Origin: Bacilli bacterium
Lineage (GTDB): Bacteria; Bacillota_I; Bacilli_A; RFN20; CAG-826
Assembly (NCBI GenBank): GCA_036649855.1
Contig: JAVWAV010000002.1
Coordinates: forward strand, 3,186 to 67,185
Reading direction: 5' to 3'
DNA: 64,000 nt
Part shown: piece by piece, positions 38,927 to 48,796 of the stretch
How positions within the stretch are numbered: the first letter of the stretch is position 1
Layout: the number at the start of each line of letters is the position of its first letter
Notes under the pieces: generated by a model
The model's database searches: none
What the model saw: only the letters and a program-made list of their open reading frames with translations
What the model was told of the DNA's origin: nothing
Made by a program: the position numbers and the translations under genes

Positions 38927-40843
38927 ATGGAAATCAAAGTAAAAGGTAAAAAATACGCATTTAACGAACAAATAAATGGATTCGTTTTAGCAAAAACTAT
39001 CGATGCAGCTCTTGCAAAAGAAGCAATCGGTTTTAAAATTAAAGACAAAATCTACGATATGGGAGAAGCTATTTTAAAAGATTGTGAAGTTGAATTCATT
39101 ATTCCTACTTCAAAAGAAGCTTTTTCTATTTTAAACCATTCAACTTCACACCTCATGGCTGAAGCTATAATGAGTTTATTTCCTTATGCAAAACTTGGAT
39201 TTGGTCCATCTATTGAAGAAGGATATTATTACGACGTCGACTTCGGAGATTACAAACTTAAAGAAGAAGATTTAGCAAAAATTGAAAAGGAAATGATAAA
39301 ATTCTCCAAAAACGGTGAAAAATTTATTAGAAAAATCGTTTCTAAACAAGAAGCCCTTGAAATTTTTGCCGCAGATCCATACAAAATTGAACTAATTAAT
39401 GGACTTGATGAAAATGAACCAATTTCAACTTATACACAAGGTAATTTTGTTGATCTTTGCTTTGGAACTCACGTTCCTTCTACCTCTTATATTAAACATT
39501 TTAAATTATTAAATTTAGCTGGTGCTTATTGGAGAGGTGATGTCAAAAATAAACAATTAACAAGAATTTATGGCGTTTCTTTCTTCTCGCTTGAAGACTT
39601 AGAAAATCACCTTAAAATGCTTGAAGAAAGAAAATTAAGAGATCACAAAAAACTCGGAAAAGAATTAGGATTATTTATGCTTAGTGATTATGGTCCTGGT
39701 TTTCCATTCTTTTTACCAAATGGAATGATTCTTAAAAATGAATTAACTTCTTGGTGGACGAAATATCATATCGCACATGATTATATGGTTATTCAAACTC
39801 CAATTATGCTTAGTAAAGAATTATGGATTACTTCTGGACACTGGAGTCATTATAAAGAAAATATGTATACTTCTAAGGTTGATAAAAAAGAATTTGCTAT
39901 CAAACCAATGAATTGTCCAGGTAGCATTCTTGTTTATAAAAATGATTTACATTCTTATAAAGATTTACCATTACGTTATGCTGAATTAGGTTTTGTTCAT
40001 AGAAATGAAGCATCTGGTGCATTAAATGGTTTATTTAGAGTAAGAGCATTTACTCAAGATGATGCTCATACTTTCATTAGAAAAGATCAATTAGTTTCAG
40101 AAATTAGACATTTAATTAAATTATATGATGATATTTATTCTACATTTGGTCTTAATTACCATATTGAATTATCTACGAGACCTGAAAATAGTATTGGTGA
40201 TATCGAGGTTTGGAATGAATCTGAAAGAATTTTAAAAGAGGCTTGTAAAAAGTCTAAACATGATTTTATTATTAATCCTGGAGATGGAGCATTCTATGGT
40301 CCAAAACTCGACTTTAAGTTAAAAGATTCGATGAACAGAATTTGGCAATGTGGAACAATTCAACTTGATATGAATTTACCAGTTAGATTCGATTTATCTT
40401 ATATCGATGAAAATGGCCAAAAAGTTCGTCCAATCATGATTCATAGAGCAGTTCTTGGATCAGTTGAAAGATTTATTGGTATTATTACCGAACATTTTGG
40501 CGGAGCCTTCCCAACCTGGTTAGCTCCTGTTCAAATTTCAGTCTTACCAGTTAACAACCAATATCATTTAGATTATGCAAAAAAACTTGTTAAAGATTTA
40601 AATAAACATGGATTTAGAGTAAAGCTTGATGAAGCTAATGAAAAACTAGGATTTAGACTTAGAAATAGTCAAATAAATAAGATTCCTTACACCATTGTTG
40701 TTGGTGATAAAGAAAAAGATGAAAATCTCGTGACTTATCGATTATTAGGGACAACTGAGCAATTAACCATCAGTAAATCCGACTTTATTAAGCTAATTTC
40801 AAAAGATATTAAGAATCAAACTCTACCTTGGAATAGAAAATAA
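38927..40843 (+). CDS. thrS: Threonyl-tRNA synthetase
   Basis: 638 aa with TGS/editing N-terminus and class II core (HRAVLGSVERFIGIITEH). Confidence 0.95.
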   Translation: MEIKVKGKKYAFNEQINGFVLAKTIDAALAKEAIGFKIKDKIYDMGEAILKDCEVEFIIPTSKEAFSILNHSTSHLMAEAIMSLFPYAKLGFGPSIEEGYYYDVDFGDYKLKEEDLAKIEKEMIKFSKNGEKFIRKIVSKQEALEIFAADPYKIELINGLDENEPISTYTQGNFVDLCFGTHVPSTSYIKHFKLLNLAGAYWRGDVKNKQLTRIYGVSFFSLEDLENHLKMLEERKLRDHKKLGKELGLFMLSDYGPGFPFFLPNGMILKNELTSWWTKYHIAHDYMVIQTPIMLSKELWITSGHWSHYKENMYTSKVDKKEFAIKPMNCPGSILVYKNDLHSYKDLPLRYAELGFVHRNEASGALNGLFRVRAFTQDDAHTFIRKDQLVSEIRHLIKLYDDIYSTFGLNYHIELSTRPENSIGDIEVWNESERILKEACKKSKHDFIINPGDGAFYGPKLDFKLKDSMNRIWQCGTIQLDMNLPVRFDLSYIDENGQKVRPIMIHRAVLGSVERFIGIITEHFGGAFPTWLAPVQISVLPVNNQYHLDYAKKLVKDLNKHGFRVKLDEANEKLGFRLRNSQINKIPYTIVVGDKEKDENLVTYRLLGTTEQLTISKSDFIKLISKDIKNQTLPWNRK

Positions 40844-40861
40844 TATTTTATAAACTTTATC

Positions 40862-40889
40862 TTGCATTTAATCGGTAGCAATGTATAAT
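40862..40889 (+). promoter_or_regulatory. Sigma-A promoter of the infC-rpmI-rplT operon: TTGCAT -16- TATAAT
   Basis: -35 at 40862-67, -10 at 40884-89. Confidence 0.5.
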
Positions 40890-40998
40890 TATTAATGTAA
40901 TTGAATACGTAGAAAGTTTAGGCGCTCGCTTAACACCAGATTAATTTAGCATTAATTGGTTAGATAAACTACAAAGAAATGTAAAAAAATCTTTAAAT

Positions 40999-41030
40999 GA
41001 GCGCGTTATCTAACGTGCTCATTTTATTTT
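40999..41030 (+). terminator. Leader attenuator hairpin upstream of infC (candidate L20-responsive transcription attenuator)
   Basis: GAGCGCG (40999-41005), loop TTATCTAA, CGTGCTC (41014-20; one G-U pair), then ATTTTATTTT. Upstream GGCGCTCGC (40921-29) could form an alternative pairing with the left arm. Confidence 0.45.
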
Positions 41031-41045
41031 ACTCAGGAGGTATAT

Positions 41046-41603
41046 ATTATAGGTAATTATCAATTTGGTCCAAAAGATAGGCCAAACAAAAATGGCGATG
41101 ATCTTGTTAATGAATCAATTAGATTTCCACAAGTTTTAGTCATCGGACCAGATGGTCAGCAACTCGGTGTCATGGGTAGAAAGGCAGCTATTGAAAAAGC
41201 ATATGAATTCGATTTAGATCTTCTATGCGTTGCTCCAACTGCAACTCCACCAGTCTGCAAAATTGTAGACTATGGTAAATTTCACTTCCAAGCACAAAAG
41301 AAAGCAAAAGAAGCTAAAAAGAACCAAAAAATTGTCGAACTTAAAGAAATTCAACTTACTCCACAAATTGGAGAAAACGATTTACAAACAAAAGTTAAAA
41401 AAGGTAAGGAAATCCTTACTGATGGAAACAAAATTAAAGTCGGAGTTAGATTTAGAGGCAGACAATTAGCTCACAAAGAAGTTGGCGAAGAAGTTATCAA
41501 AAAATTTATATCTGAAGTATCTGAATTGGGTGCGGTTGAAAAAGAACCAATCCTTGATGGAAAATGGATTACAGCAGTTATAGGCCCAAAAATCAAAAAA
41601 TAG
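41046..41603 (+). CDS. infC: Translation initiation factor IF-3, likely with a non-AUG (ATT) start
   Basis: The reading frame is open upstream of the track start 41172 and encodes the IF-3 N-domain (...DLVNESIRFPQVLVIGPDGQQLGVMGRK). AGGAGG at 41035-40 is followed by ATT at 41046 and ATA at 41049. infC classically uses AUU. Confidence 0.8.
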   Translation: MIGNYQFGPKDRPNKNGDDLVNESIRFPQVLVIGPDGQQLGVMGRKAAIEKAYEFDLDLLCVAPTATPPVCKIVDYGKFHFQAQKKAKEAKKNQKIVELKEIQLTPQIGENDLQTKVKKGKEILTDGNKIKVGVRFRGRQLAHKEVGEEVIKKFISEVSELGAVEKEPILDGKWITAVIGPKIKK

Positions 41604-41615
41604 GAGGAAGATTTT

Positions 41616-41810
41616 ATGCCAAAGATGAAAAGCAAAAGAGCTCTCATGAAGAGAATTAAAGTTACAGGAAGCGGTAAGCTTAAGAGATCACATACCTCAA
41701 GAAGACACTTAGCTCCATTTAAAACACACAAACAAAAAAGACAATTAAGAAAAGCAACAATGATTCACATTTCAGACTTTAAGAGAATTAAGACGCTTAT
41801 TACAAAATAG
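41616..41810 (+). CDS. rpmI: 50S ribosomal protein L35
   Basis: MPKMKSKRALMKRIKVTGSGKLKR, with AGGAGG ribosome-binding site. Confidence 0.9.
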   Translation: MPKMKSKRALMKRIKVTGSGKLKRSHTSRRHLAPFKTHKQKRQLRKATMIHISDFKRIKTLITK

Positions 41811-41823
41811 GAGGAAGTAAGTA

Positions 41824-42183
41824 ATGGCAAGAGTAAAAAATAGCGTAGCTACAAGATTAAGACGTAAAAAAATTGTTAAGGCTGCTTCTGGATATTTTGG
41901 AAGTAAACATAGAATTTTTAAAACAGCTAAGGAACAAGTTCTACGTTCACGTAGATATTCCTACATCAATAGAAAAGATTTAAAATCAGATTATCGTAAA
42001 CTTTGGATTAGAAGAATCAATGCTGCATGCAGAATGAATGATATCTCCTACTCAGTGTTTATGCATGGTTTAAAACTTGCAAATATTGAAGTTAACAGAA
42101 AAATGTTAAGCGAACTCGCAATCAATGATGAAAAAAGTTTTCAAGATTTAGTTGCGGTCTCAAAAAAAGCATTAAGCAAATAA
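41824..42183 (+). CDS. rplT: 50S ribosomal protein L20
   Basis: [17 protein letters not shown]..., with AGGAGG ribosome-binding site. Confidence 0.9.
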   Translation: MARVKNSVATRLRRKKIVKAASGYFGSKHRIFKTAKEQVLRSRRYSYINRKDLKSDYRKLWIRRINAACRMNDISYSVFMHGLKLANIEVNRKMLSELAINDEKSFQDLVAVSKKALSK

Positions 42184-42193
42184 CAAAAAATAA

Positions 42194-42230
42194 AACTCGT
42201 TGTAGAAATACTACAACGAGTTTTTTTATA
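42194..42230. terminator. Bidirectional intrinsic terminator between rplT and thiI
   Basis: CTCGTTGTAG aaatact CTACAACGAG, with T-runs on both sides. Confidence 0.8.
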
Positions 42231-43401
42231 CACTAAATTCTTCTTCTTTTATAACAATTGTCCTAATATTTTCAAGAGCTTCACTTACAAGTAGAGCATA
42301 ATCAACTTTGGCTTCATATTCTTCTACTTTTAAAATATTTGGTGATGTTTTTGGATTTTTTGGTTTGAAGATTGTGCAGCAGTCTTCAAAATGTCGAATA
42401 GAAATATTAAATGTTCCAATTTTTTCAGCAATTGATATAATTTCTAGTTTATCAAAAATAGCAAGAGGTCTAATGACTGGAAGTCTACATTGATCATCAA
42501 TTACTTTGATTGAATTTAAGGTTTGTGATGCTACTTGTCCAATAGATTCTCCATTGCAAACTGCAAGAAGTTTATGATAAGAGGCATATATCGATGCTAT
42601 CTTATACATTTGTCTTCTCATAATGGTAATAGCGTATGATTCATCGCTATTTTTATATATTTCTTCCTGAATTTTTGTAAATGGAACAATATGTAATTTT
42701 ATTGATGCTTGATATTTGTTTAATATCTTTAAAATATCAGTTAATTTATCGATAACACCATCCTGTGTATATGGAGGAGATGCGAAATGAATAAATTCTA
42801 ATGAAATTCCTCTTTTCATTAATAAATAAGCAGCAACTGGTGAATCAATTCCACCACTAAGCATCATTAATGCTTTTCCTGCAACGCCTAATGGATAACC
42901 ACCAGCTCCTAAAAATGTATCAAAGAAAACAAATACGCCATCTTGCCTGACTTCGATATTTAATTTGATATCAGGATTGTGCACATCTACCTTTAAATTT
43001 TCATTTTTTAAGATAGAAGTTGCAACTGCTCTAATAATTTCTTCACTTCTATGTGGATATGATTTATCACTTCTTTTGCAAACTATTTTAAAAGTTTTCC
43101 CAGACTTAATTTTGACAAATTCACTGCAGAACTCAACTATATCATTAAGTTCTTGAGGAATTTTATATACAATTGAGAAACTATGAATGCCAGAAATATC
43201 TTTTAAAATATCACAAACATTATCAAAATTTTCATCAGTTAAGTTGCTGATATAAATATGATCGTGTCTAACAATATATTCCAAATTGTACTCTTTTAAA
43301 GAATGTTTAATATTTCTTGCTAAAATAGCAATGAAGTCTTTTTTATTTTTGCCTTTTGTTGATAGTTCACCAAATCTTATCATTATAAATTTTTCATTCA
43401 T
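42226..43401 (-). CDS. thiI: tRNA 4-thiouridine synthase ThiI (THUMP plus PP-loop)
   Basis: RFGELSTKG (THUMP) and SGGIDSPVA PP-loop. The track start 43413 is a GTG. The ATG at 43401 overlaps the upstream stop (ATGA). Confidence 0.85.
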   Translation of the reverse strand: MNEKFIMIRFGELSTKGKNKKDFIAILARNIKHSLKEYNLEYIVRHDHIYISNLTDENFDNVCDILKDISGIHSFSIVYKIPQELNDIVEFCSEFVKIKSGKTFKIVCKRSDKSYPHRSEEIIRAVATSILKNENLKVDVHNPDIKLNIEVRQDGVFVFFDTFLGAGGYPLGVAGKALMMLSGGIDSPVAAYLLMKRGISLEFIHFASPPYTQDGVIDKLTDILKILNKYQASIKLHIVPFTKIQEEIYKNSDESYAITIMRRQMYKIASIYASYHKLLAVCNGESIGQVASQTLNSIKVIDDQCRLPVIRPLAIFDKLEIISIAEKIGTFNISIRHFEDCCTIFKPKNPKTSPNILKVEEYEAKVDYALLVSEALENIRTIVIKEEEFSV

Positions 43402-44537
43402 TTTGTTTCCCACAATCCTTTCTTGACGATATCATCAAGTTCTTTAATAAACGTATCAATCTCTTCTTTTGTATTAGAACTTGAGAATGAAATTCTTATT
43501 GCGTTCGCAGCTCTGTTCTTATCATCAAATAAATTATATATTACATAAGACGGTTCTTCACCTTTCGAACTGCAAGCAGAAATTGAAGAAACGTATATTT
43601 CTTTATTCGACAATCCTTCAAGCACAACGCTTGCTTTAACTCCATTTAACAAAGAAAAATTAAGTATATATGGAGAATAATTTTCTTTAAAAGAATTTAT
43701 AAGAATATAAGGAAGTGAATTAAGCTTGTTAATAGCGTATTTATATAAATCTTCTACTATTTTATAATCATCCATCCATCTTTTTTCGTTGATTTCAATT
43801 GCTTTAAAAAAAGATGCAATCAATGGAATATCAACAGTTGATGAACGAATACCATACTCTTGCCCACCACCTAATATCTGTGGTTGTAATTGTATTTTTT
43901 CGTCATAAATTAAAGCAGCAATAGATTTTAACCCATGAATTTTATGTGAGGAAATCGTAAACATATCCGGAATTGAACATAGTGAGAGATTTGTTTTATA
44001 CAAAGTTTGGGCAAAATCACTATGAAAAATAATACGTTTTCCGATAAGACTTTTTTTAACTTCTTCAATATTTAAAATATTACCAGTTTCATTATTTACA
44101 GCCATAATCGAACAAAAGATCGTATTTTTATCGATTAAGCTATTTAATTCTTCTATTGAAATTTGATGGTTTTTATTTATGTGCAAATATCTAACTTCAA
44201 AACCATTGGATTCGAGATACTTAAAAGTATTTAAAACTGATTTGTGCTCAATATTAGTTGTGATGACATTGTATCCTTTGTTTGCTTTTGATAATAGATA
44301 TCCAAAAATAGCAAGATTATTAGCTTCAGTGGCGCTAGAAGTAAAAATTATTTTTTTGTTTTTAATCTTAAAAATTTCCAATATTTTGCTTTTGATTTTT
44401 TCTTCTAACACAGCATTATTTTTACCAGTTTTGTATATTGTTGAAGGGTTAAAAAAATTATTTTTCCCATATTTAATATATGTTTCTAGAACTTCATCAA
44501 AAGGAAATGTGGTTGATGCATTATCTAAATATATCAT
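43398..44537 (-). CDS. Class V cysteine desulfurase (NifZ/IscS-like), ThiI partner
   Basis: 379 aa with PLP-lysine region SSHKIHG. The gene order desulfurase-thiI is as in Bacillus nifZ-thiI. Confidence 0.8.
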   Translation of the reverse strand: MIYLDNASTTFPFDEVLETYIKYGKNNFFNPSTIYKTGKNNAVLEEKIKSKILEIFKIKNKKIIFTSSATEANNLAIFGYLLSKANKGYNVITTNIEHKSVLNTFKYLESNGFEVRYLHINKNHQISIEELNSLIDKNTIFCSIMAVNNETGNILNIEEVKKSLIGKRIIFHSDFAQTLYKTNLSLCSIPDMFTISSHKIHGLKSIAALIYDEKIQLQPQILGGGQEYGIRSSTVDIPLIASFFKAIEINEKRWMDDYKIVEDLYKYAINKLNSLPYILINSFKENYSPYILNFSLLNGVKASVVLEGLSNKEIYVSSISACSSKGEEPSYVIYNLFDDKNRAANAIRISFSSSNTKEEIDTFIKELDDIVKKGLWETK

Positions 44538-46294
44538 ACAGTTTCAGGAGTTTCGCTTTCAATTCCACTATGTTTGTCAACTAAACTTAAAAGAATTTTA
44601 TATGCTTCATCATAGTTTGCAGCTAAATATAAGGTTTCTGCACGTATAACTTCTTCATCAATTGATTTAATTCCATCTCTTATTTTATTAGATGATTTAA
44701 ATAGCGAATTGCATTTATCTATGAGATCTGCAGTGTCTTTCACCGTTCTTGTAGTTAAATCATACTTATTATTGAATTCCAAAACCATCTTATCAATAGC
44801 AATGACATCAATTGGTTTTGTTTTTAAACTAACATAAATAGAGTTAAGAAGTTCAAATGAACGAGCAAAATAACTAGTCATTTTTTCTTTATCAGAATCA
44901 GCAAATTTCATTGAATTAAAGAGAACTTCATTTTTCTTAAGATCTTGAAAACTTGCAAAAACCAACTTATAAGCATTGAGACAATCGGATTTTAAAGTTA
45001 AAGCATATGAATTAAAAGAATCAATCATATTGTTAAGAGTGCAAGTTTCAGCTTCAAGTTCATTTAATTTTTCAAGTATTTGGGAAAACGGTTGTTTGTT
45101 TGCACAATGAATTGATGATTCGACTTTTCTTTTTGCTAAAGCAAGCTTATCAGCTTCAGTATTTAGGTCGATATCATAATTTTTGTGTCGTCCATCAAGG
45201 ACATAATTATTTCGAATGGTTGGAATGTCATTATATAGTTTAACTAATGTATCTTCAATATTATGAGCTTTTTTATAGACACCGGAAAATCTTTTTTCAA
45301 ACTCTTCTTTGGCATTAAATTCGTTGTTTATTTTATTTTCAATCTCAACAAAACATGTACGCAAATATTCAATATCTTTTTTGGCTTGTTCAGTTTTTAA
45401 AAGTCGAACTTCATTTCTAATTTCTTCAATTTTGATTTTATAATTTTCAAATAAATCTTTTGTACAAATATGAAATAAAGGAATATCTTGTCCTTCATAA
45501 GACTCATATTTTAAAATAAGAGATGATAATTTTTCTGGTAATTCACTTTCGGCTGCAATAGCTAATTGTGGTAATTTATCAATAACATCATTAATTAAAT
45601 CTATTACTTCATCGATTGGAGCGATTATTTCTCTTGCTTCGTCATATCTTGCACTATCAATAAAAGCTTCGAATTGGTTAAATTTCTTATCAATTTTATT
45701 AAATAATTTATCAAAAGTGGGAATAGCAATTTGAAAATCATTGTTTTTTTGATAATATTTTTTTCTAACTTGGATCATATGATCTTTAATTTGAAGAGCT
45801 TTTGTTCTGCATTCTTCTTCTGGTTTTATAATTTTCATTAATGAGTCATTCAAATCATTAATAAGAGCAATATATTCAGATAAGTTTGCCACAACTTTTT
45901 GATACTCAATTTTAAAATTCTTTTTCTTTTTATTAGTTAAAAAATCATTTAGATCATAAATAACATCTTCAATCTCTTTATCTTTTTTATCAGAAATATC
46001 TCTATATCTTTTAAGAAATTGACTGTGATATGAAGAATAAAGTAGATTTGAATGCGAAATAATTTCTAATCTTGATATTATTTGCAAGCATTGAGCATTT
46101 AATAAGGCATGGTAATATTGATATTTTCTTTCAACTTCTTTAATTAATCTTTTTTTCTTATTAGGTCTATAAAAAAAGATGTAAAATAAAACCGATAAAC
46201 ATGTAATAGCTACTACGCCACAAACAATACATGTAACAATAACGGGAACATTTACTTGTGTTTCTAACAATCTAATCATATAAAATATTTTCAT
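44534..46294 (-). CDS. ezrA: Septation ring formation regulator EzrA-like
   Basis: 586 aa, N-terminal TM segment then an extensive coiled coil. Position upstream of nifZ-thiI is as in Bacillus. Confidence 0.6.
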   Translation of the reverse strand: MKIFYMIRLLETQVNVPVIVTCIVCGVVAITCLSVLFYIFFYRPNKKKRLIKEVERKYQYYHALLNAQCLQIISRLEIISHSNLLYSSYHSQFLKRYRDISDKKDKEIEDVIYDLNDFLTNKKKKNFKIEYQKVVANLSEYIALINDLNDSLMKIIKPEEECRTKALQIKDHMIQVRKKYYQKNNDFQIAIPTFDKLFNKIDKKFNQFEAFIDSARYDEAREIIAPIDEVIDLINDVIDKLPQLAIAAESELPEKLSSLILKYESYEGQDIPLFHICTKDLFENYKIKIEEIRNEVRLLKTEQAKKDIEYLRTCFVEIENKINNEFNAKEEFEKRFSGVYKKAHNIEDTLVKLYNDIPTIRNNYVLDGRHKNYDIDLNTEADKLALAKRKVESSIHCANKQPFSQILEKLNELEAETCTLNNMIDSFNSYALTLKSDCLNAYKLVFASFQDLKKNEVLFNSMKFADSDKEKMTSYFARSFELLNSIYVSLKTKPIDVIAIDKMVLEFNNKYDLTTRTVKDTADLIDKCNSLFKSSNKIRDGIKSIDEEVIRAETLYLAANYDEAYKILLSLVDKHSGIESETPETV

Positions 46295-46347
46295 ATTATT
46301 ATTATATTATAAATAACATCATTATGCATAAAAATCTTATATTATTT

Positions 46348-46377
46348 CTTGTAATAGCCTAACTTTAATATGTATAA
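46348..46377 (+). promoter_or_regulatory. Putative rpsD promoter: TTGTAA -18- TATAAT (with TG immediately upstream of the -10)
   Basis: -35 at 46348-53, -10 at 46372-77. It leaves a leader of about 150 nt (possible S4 autoregulatory leader). Confidence 0.45.
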
Positions 46378-46538
46378 TATATAGGCATGTAAAAGCATGT
46401 GAATATATATCCGTCCGACGATTTATCTAGAAGTAAGTATCTTATAGCTTAATAAGGGAAAACAGTTATAAATCACCCGGGATGTAGAATTCACACCTAT
46501 GCTTTATTTGACATGTCAATAAAGGAAGGAAATATAAT

Positions 46539-47144
46539 ATGAGAGACACAGGATCTACTTGGAAAAAGTCACGTCGTTTAGGTTTATCAATCAGTGAAAC
46601 TGGTAAAGAACTTAAGAAACGTACTTATGGCCCAGGACAACATGGTAATGCACGTAAAAAGAAAACATCTGAATACGGAAGACAATTACTTGAGAAGCAA
46701 AAGCTTCGCACACTTTATGGAGTTAATGAAAGACAATTCAGAAGATTGTTCCACATTGCTCTTAAATCAGAAGATGTTACAGGTTTAGCATTCTTCAGAA
46801 TTCTTGAATCAAGACTTGATAACATGGCATACCGTTTAGGTTTTGCTTCAACAAGACAAGGTGCAAGACAATTAGTTAACCACGGACACATTACTGTTAA
46901 TGGCAAAAAAGTTGATATCCCATCATACCTTTGTTCAGTAAACGATGTAATCGCAGTTAAAGAATCTTCAAGAGATATGAAAGTAATTAAAGCATCCCTT
47001 GAATCATTACCATTAGTTGTTGCTTACGTTGAAGTTGATAAAGAAAAAATGGTCGGAAAATTTGTTAGAATGCCAGAAAGAAATGAACTTTGCGGCGATA
47101 TCGATGATGCATCCATTATCGAATTCTACAATAGATTACTGTAA
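46539..47144 (+). CDS. rpsD: 30S ribosomal protein S4
   Basis: 201 aa with a C-terminal S4 RNA-binding domain. Confidence 0.9.
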   Translation: MRDTGSTWKKSRRLGLSISETGKELKKRTYGPGQHGNARKKKTSEYGRQLLEKQKLRTLYGVNERQFRRLFHIALKSEDVTGLAFFRILESRLDNMAYRLGFASTRQGARQLVNHGHITVNGKKVDIPSYLCSVNDVIAVKESSRDMKVIKASLESLPLVVAYVEVDKEKMVGKFVRMPERNELCGDIDDASIIEFYNRLL

Positions 47145-47170
47145 TCTATTCATTACTTCACCTATAAAAT

Positions 47171-47206
47171 TAGACTCAATAATTCATATTATTGAGTCTT
47201 TTATTT
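47171..47206 (+). terminator. Intrinsic terminator of rpsD
   Basis: AGACTCAATAA ttcata TTATTGAGTCT plus TTTATTTT. Confidence 0.7.
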
Positions 47207-47210
47207 TGCC

Positions 47211-47245
47211 CAAAATAAAACCCAATTAGTTGTTTACTAATTGGG
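47211..47245 (-). terminator. Intrinsic terminator of tyrS (convergent with the rpsD terminator)
   Basis: ACCCAATTAG ttgttta CTAATTGGGT, followed on the minus strand by TTTATTTT. Confidence 0.65.
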
Positions 47246-47263
47246 TCGCTTCATTTCCCTATT

Positions 47264-48517
47264 TTATATAATTTCTAATAAATAATAATTCTTTTTGCCT
47301 TTTTTAAGAACAATATATTTCTCAAATAATGCTGACTTTGTTGTTAAAAATTCTTCAGTATTAGTATTTTTTTCTCCGTTAAGTGCGATGGATGAAGTAT
47401 TAATTAATTCACGGGATTCGCGTTTTGACTTAGCTACTCCAATTGATATTAATGCATCTTCAAGTTTTGTATTTTTTGCAACACTATAAGTTGAGTTTGC
47501 AAATAATTCAGTAATTTGTTTTTCACTTAATTCATCGAATTTATTAGTGAAGAATACTTCTGACATTTGAACAGCTTCAAGAGCTTTTGCTTCGCCATGA
47601 ACAATACGTACTATTTCAAATGCTAATTTCTTTTGAGCGATACGTGCTCCTAAATTTGCTAAGTGTTCTTTTTCAATTTCGTAAATCTCAGGAAGTGGTA
47701 AAAGTGTAAATACTTTTAAATAATGAACTGCATCTTCATCGTTTGAATTAATAAAGAATTGATACAACTTATATGGTGAAGTTAAGTTTTCATTTAAGAA
47801 TAATGCGCCATCTTCCGATTTTCCAAATTTTTTACCATCACTTCTAGTGATAAGTTTTAAGGTCATTACTCCTACTTTTTCTTCAGATCCTTTAACTTTT
47901 CTAATTAATTCAAGTCCTGCAGTAAGATTGCCCCATTGATCACTGCCGCCAATTTGTACATTACACCCCATTGTGTCGTGTAGATGCAAAAAGTCAATTG
48001 ATTGAAGAATCATATAAGAAAATTCAGCATAGGAAATGCCTGCATCAAGTCGTGAGGCGACAATATCTTTTGAAAGCATATAGTTAATATTAAAATATTT
48101 TCCAAAATCTCTAAGATAATCTAAAATATGAATATCTTTAAGCCAATCATAGTTATTAATCAAAATACCTTTGTTTGGATCGCTTAAATCAATAAATTTA
48201 GATAATTGATTTTTAATATTTTCTGTATTAGATCTTAAAGTAGATTCATCTTGAAGATTTCTTTCTTTTGATTTTCCACTTGGATCACCAATCATGCCAG
48301 TAGCACCACCGGCAAGAGCGATAACTTTGTGTCCATATTGTTGAAATCTCATTAATGTCATAATCATGATAAAGTTTCCAATATGCATTGAAGCTGCAGA
48401 TGGATCAAATCCACAATATACAGTTTGTTTTGTTTCAAATAGTTCTCTTAATTCTTTTTCATTTGAAAAGTCTTTAATTAGACCTCTTTCGTTTAATTCA
48501 TCAATAATATTTTTCAT
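47264..48517 (-). CDS. tyrS: Tyrosyl-tRNA synthetase
   Basis: 417 aa with HIGN (HIGH-class) and KFGKS (KMSKS) motifs and a C-terminal S4 domain. Confidence 0.95.
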   Translation of the reverse strand: MKNIIDELNERGLIKDFSNEKELRELFETKQTVYCGFDPSAASMHIGNFIMIMTLMRFQQYGHKVIALAGGATGMIGDPSGKSKERNLQDESTLRSNTENIKNQLSKFIDLSDPNKGILINNYDWLKDIHILDYLRDFGKYFNINYMLSKDIVASRLDAGISYAEFSYMILQSIDFLHLHDTMGCNVQIGGSDQWGNLTAGLELIRKVKGSEEKVGVMTLKLITRSDGKKFGKSEDGALFLNENLTSPYKLYQFFINSNDEDAVHYLKVFTLLPLPEIYEIEKEHLANLGARIAQKKLAFEIVRIVHGEAKALEAVQMSEVFFTNKFDELSEKQITELFANSTYSVAKNTKLEDALISIGVAKSKRESRELINTSSIALNGEKNTNTEEFLTTKSALFEKYIVLKKGKKNYYLLEII

Positions 48518-48524
48518 TTTTCTT

Positions 48525-48759
48525 CTCCTTAAAATAAAAAAAGTACCTCTATAAAGGACGCTTTATGCGTGGTACCACCTTTTTTTCTAGTATAAATACT
48601 AGCTCATTAAGTTTTAACGCAACCAACGTTTAATTTCTTAAAATGCTCCTAAGATGTATTTCTTGATTTAGCTTTTCACCAACCAGCTTTTCTCTATTCA
48701 TCAATACTTCTTCTTAATCTCAGCACAATTATCTTATCATTTAAAAATAAGATATTCAA
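48525..48759 (-). promoter_or_regulatory. tyrS promoter plus T-box leader (Tyr, specifier UAC)
   Basis: Promoter TTGAAT(48754-59) -17- TGaTAAGAT(48731-36). AG-box/GGTGAAAAG, specifier UAC-A (plus 48667-69), T-box core AAAGGTGGTACCACGC (plus 48567-82), then terminator plus U-tract. Confidence 0.7.
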
Positions 48760-48796
48760 CAACGATATAAATAAAATATAACATATTTAAAAAACA

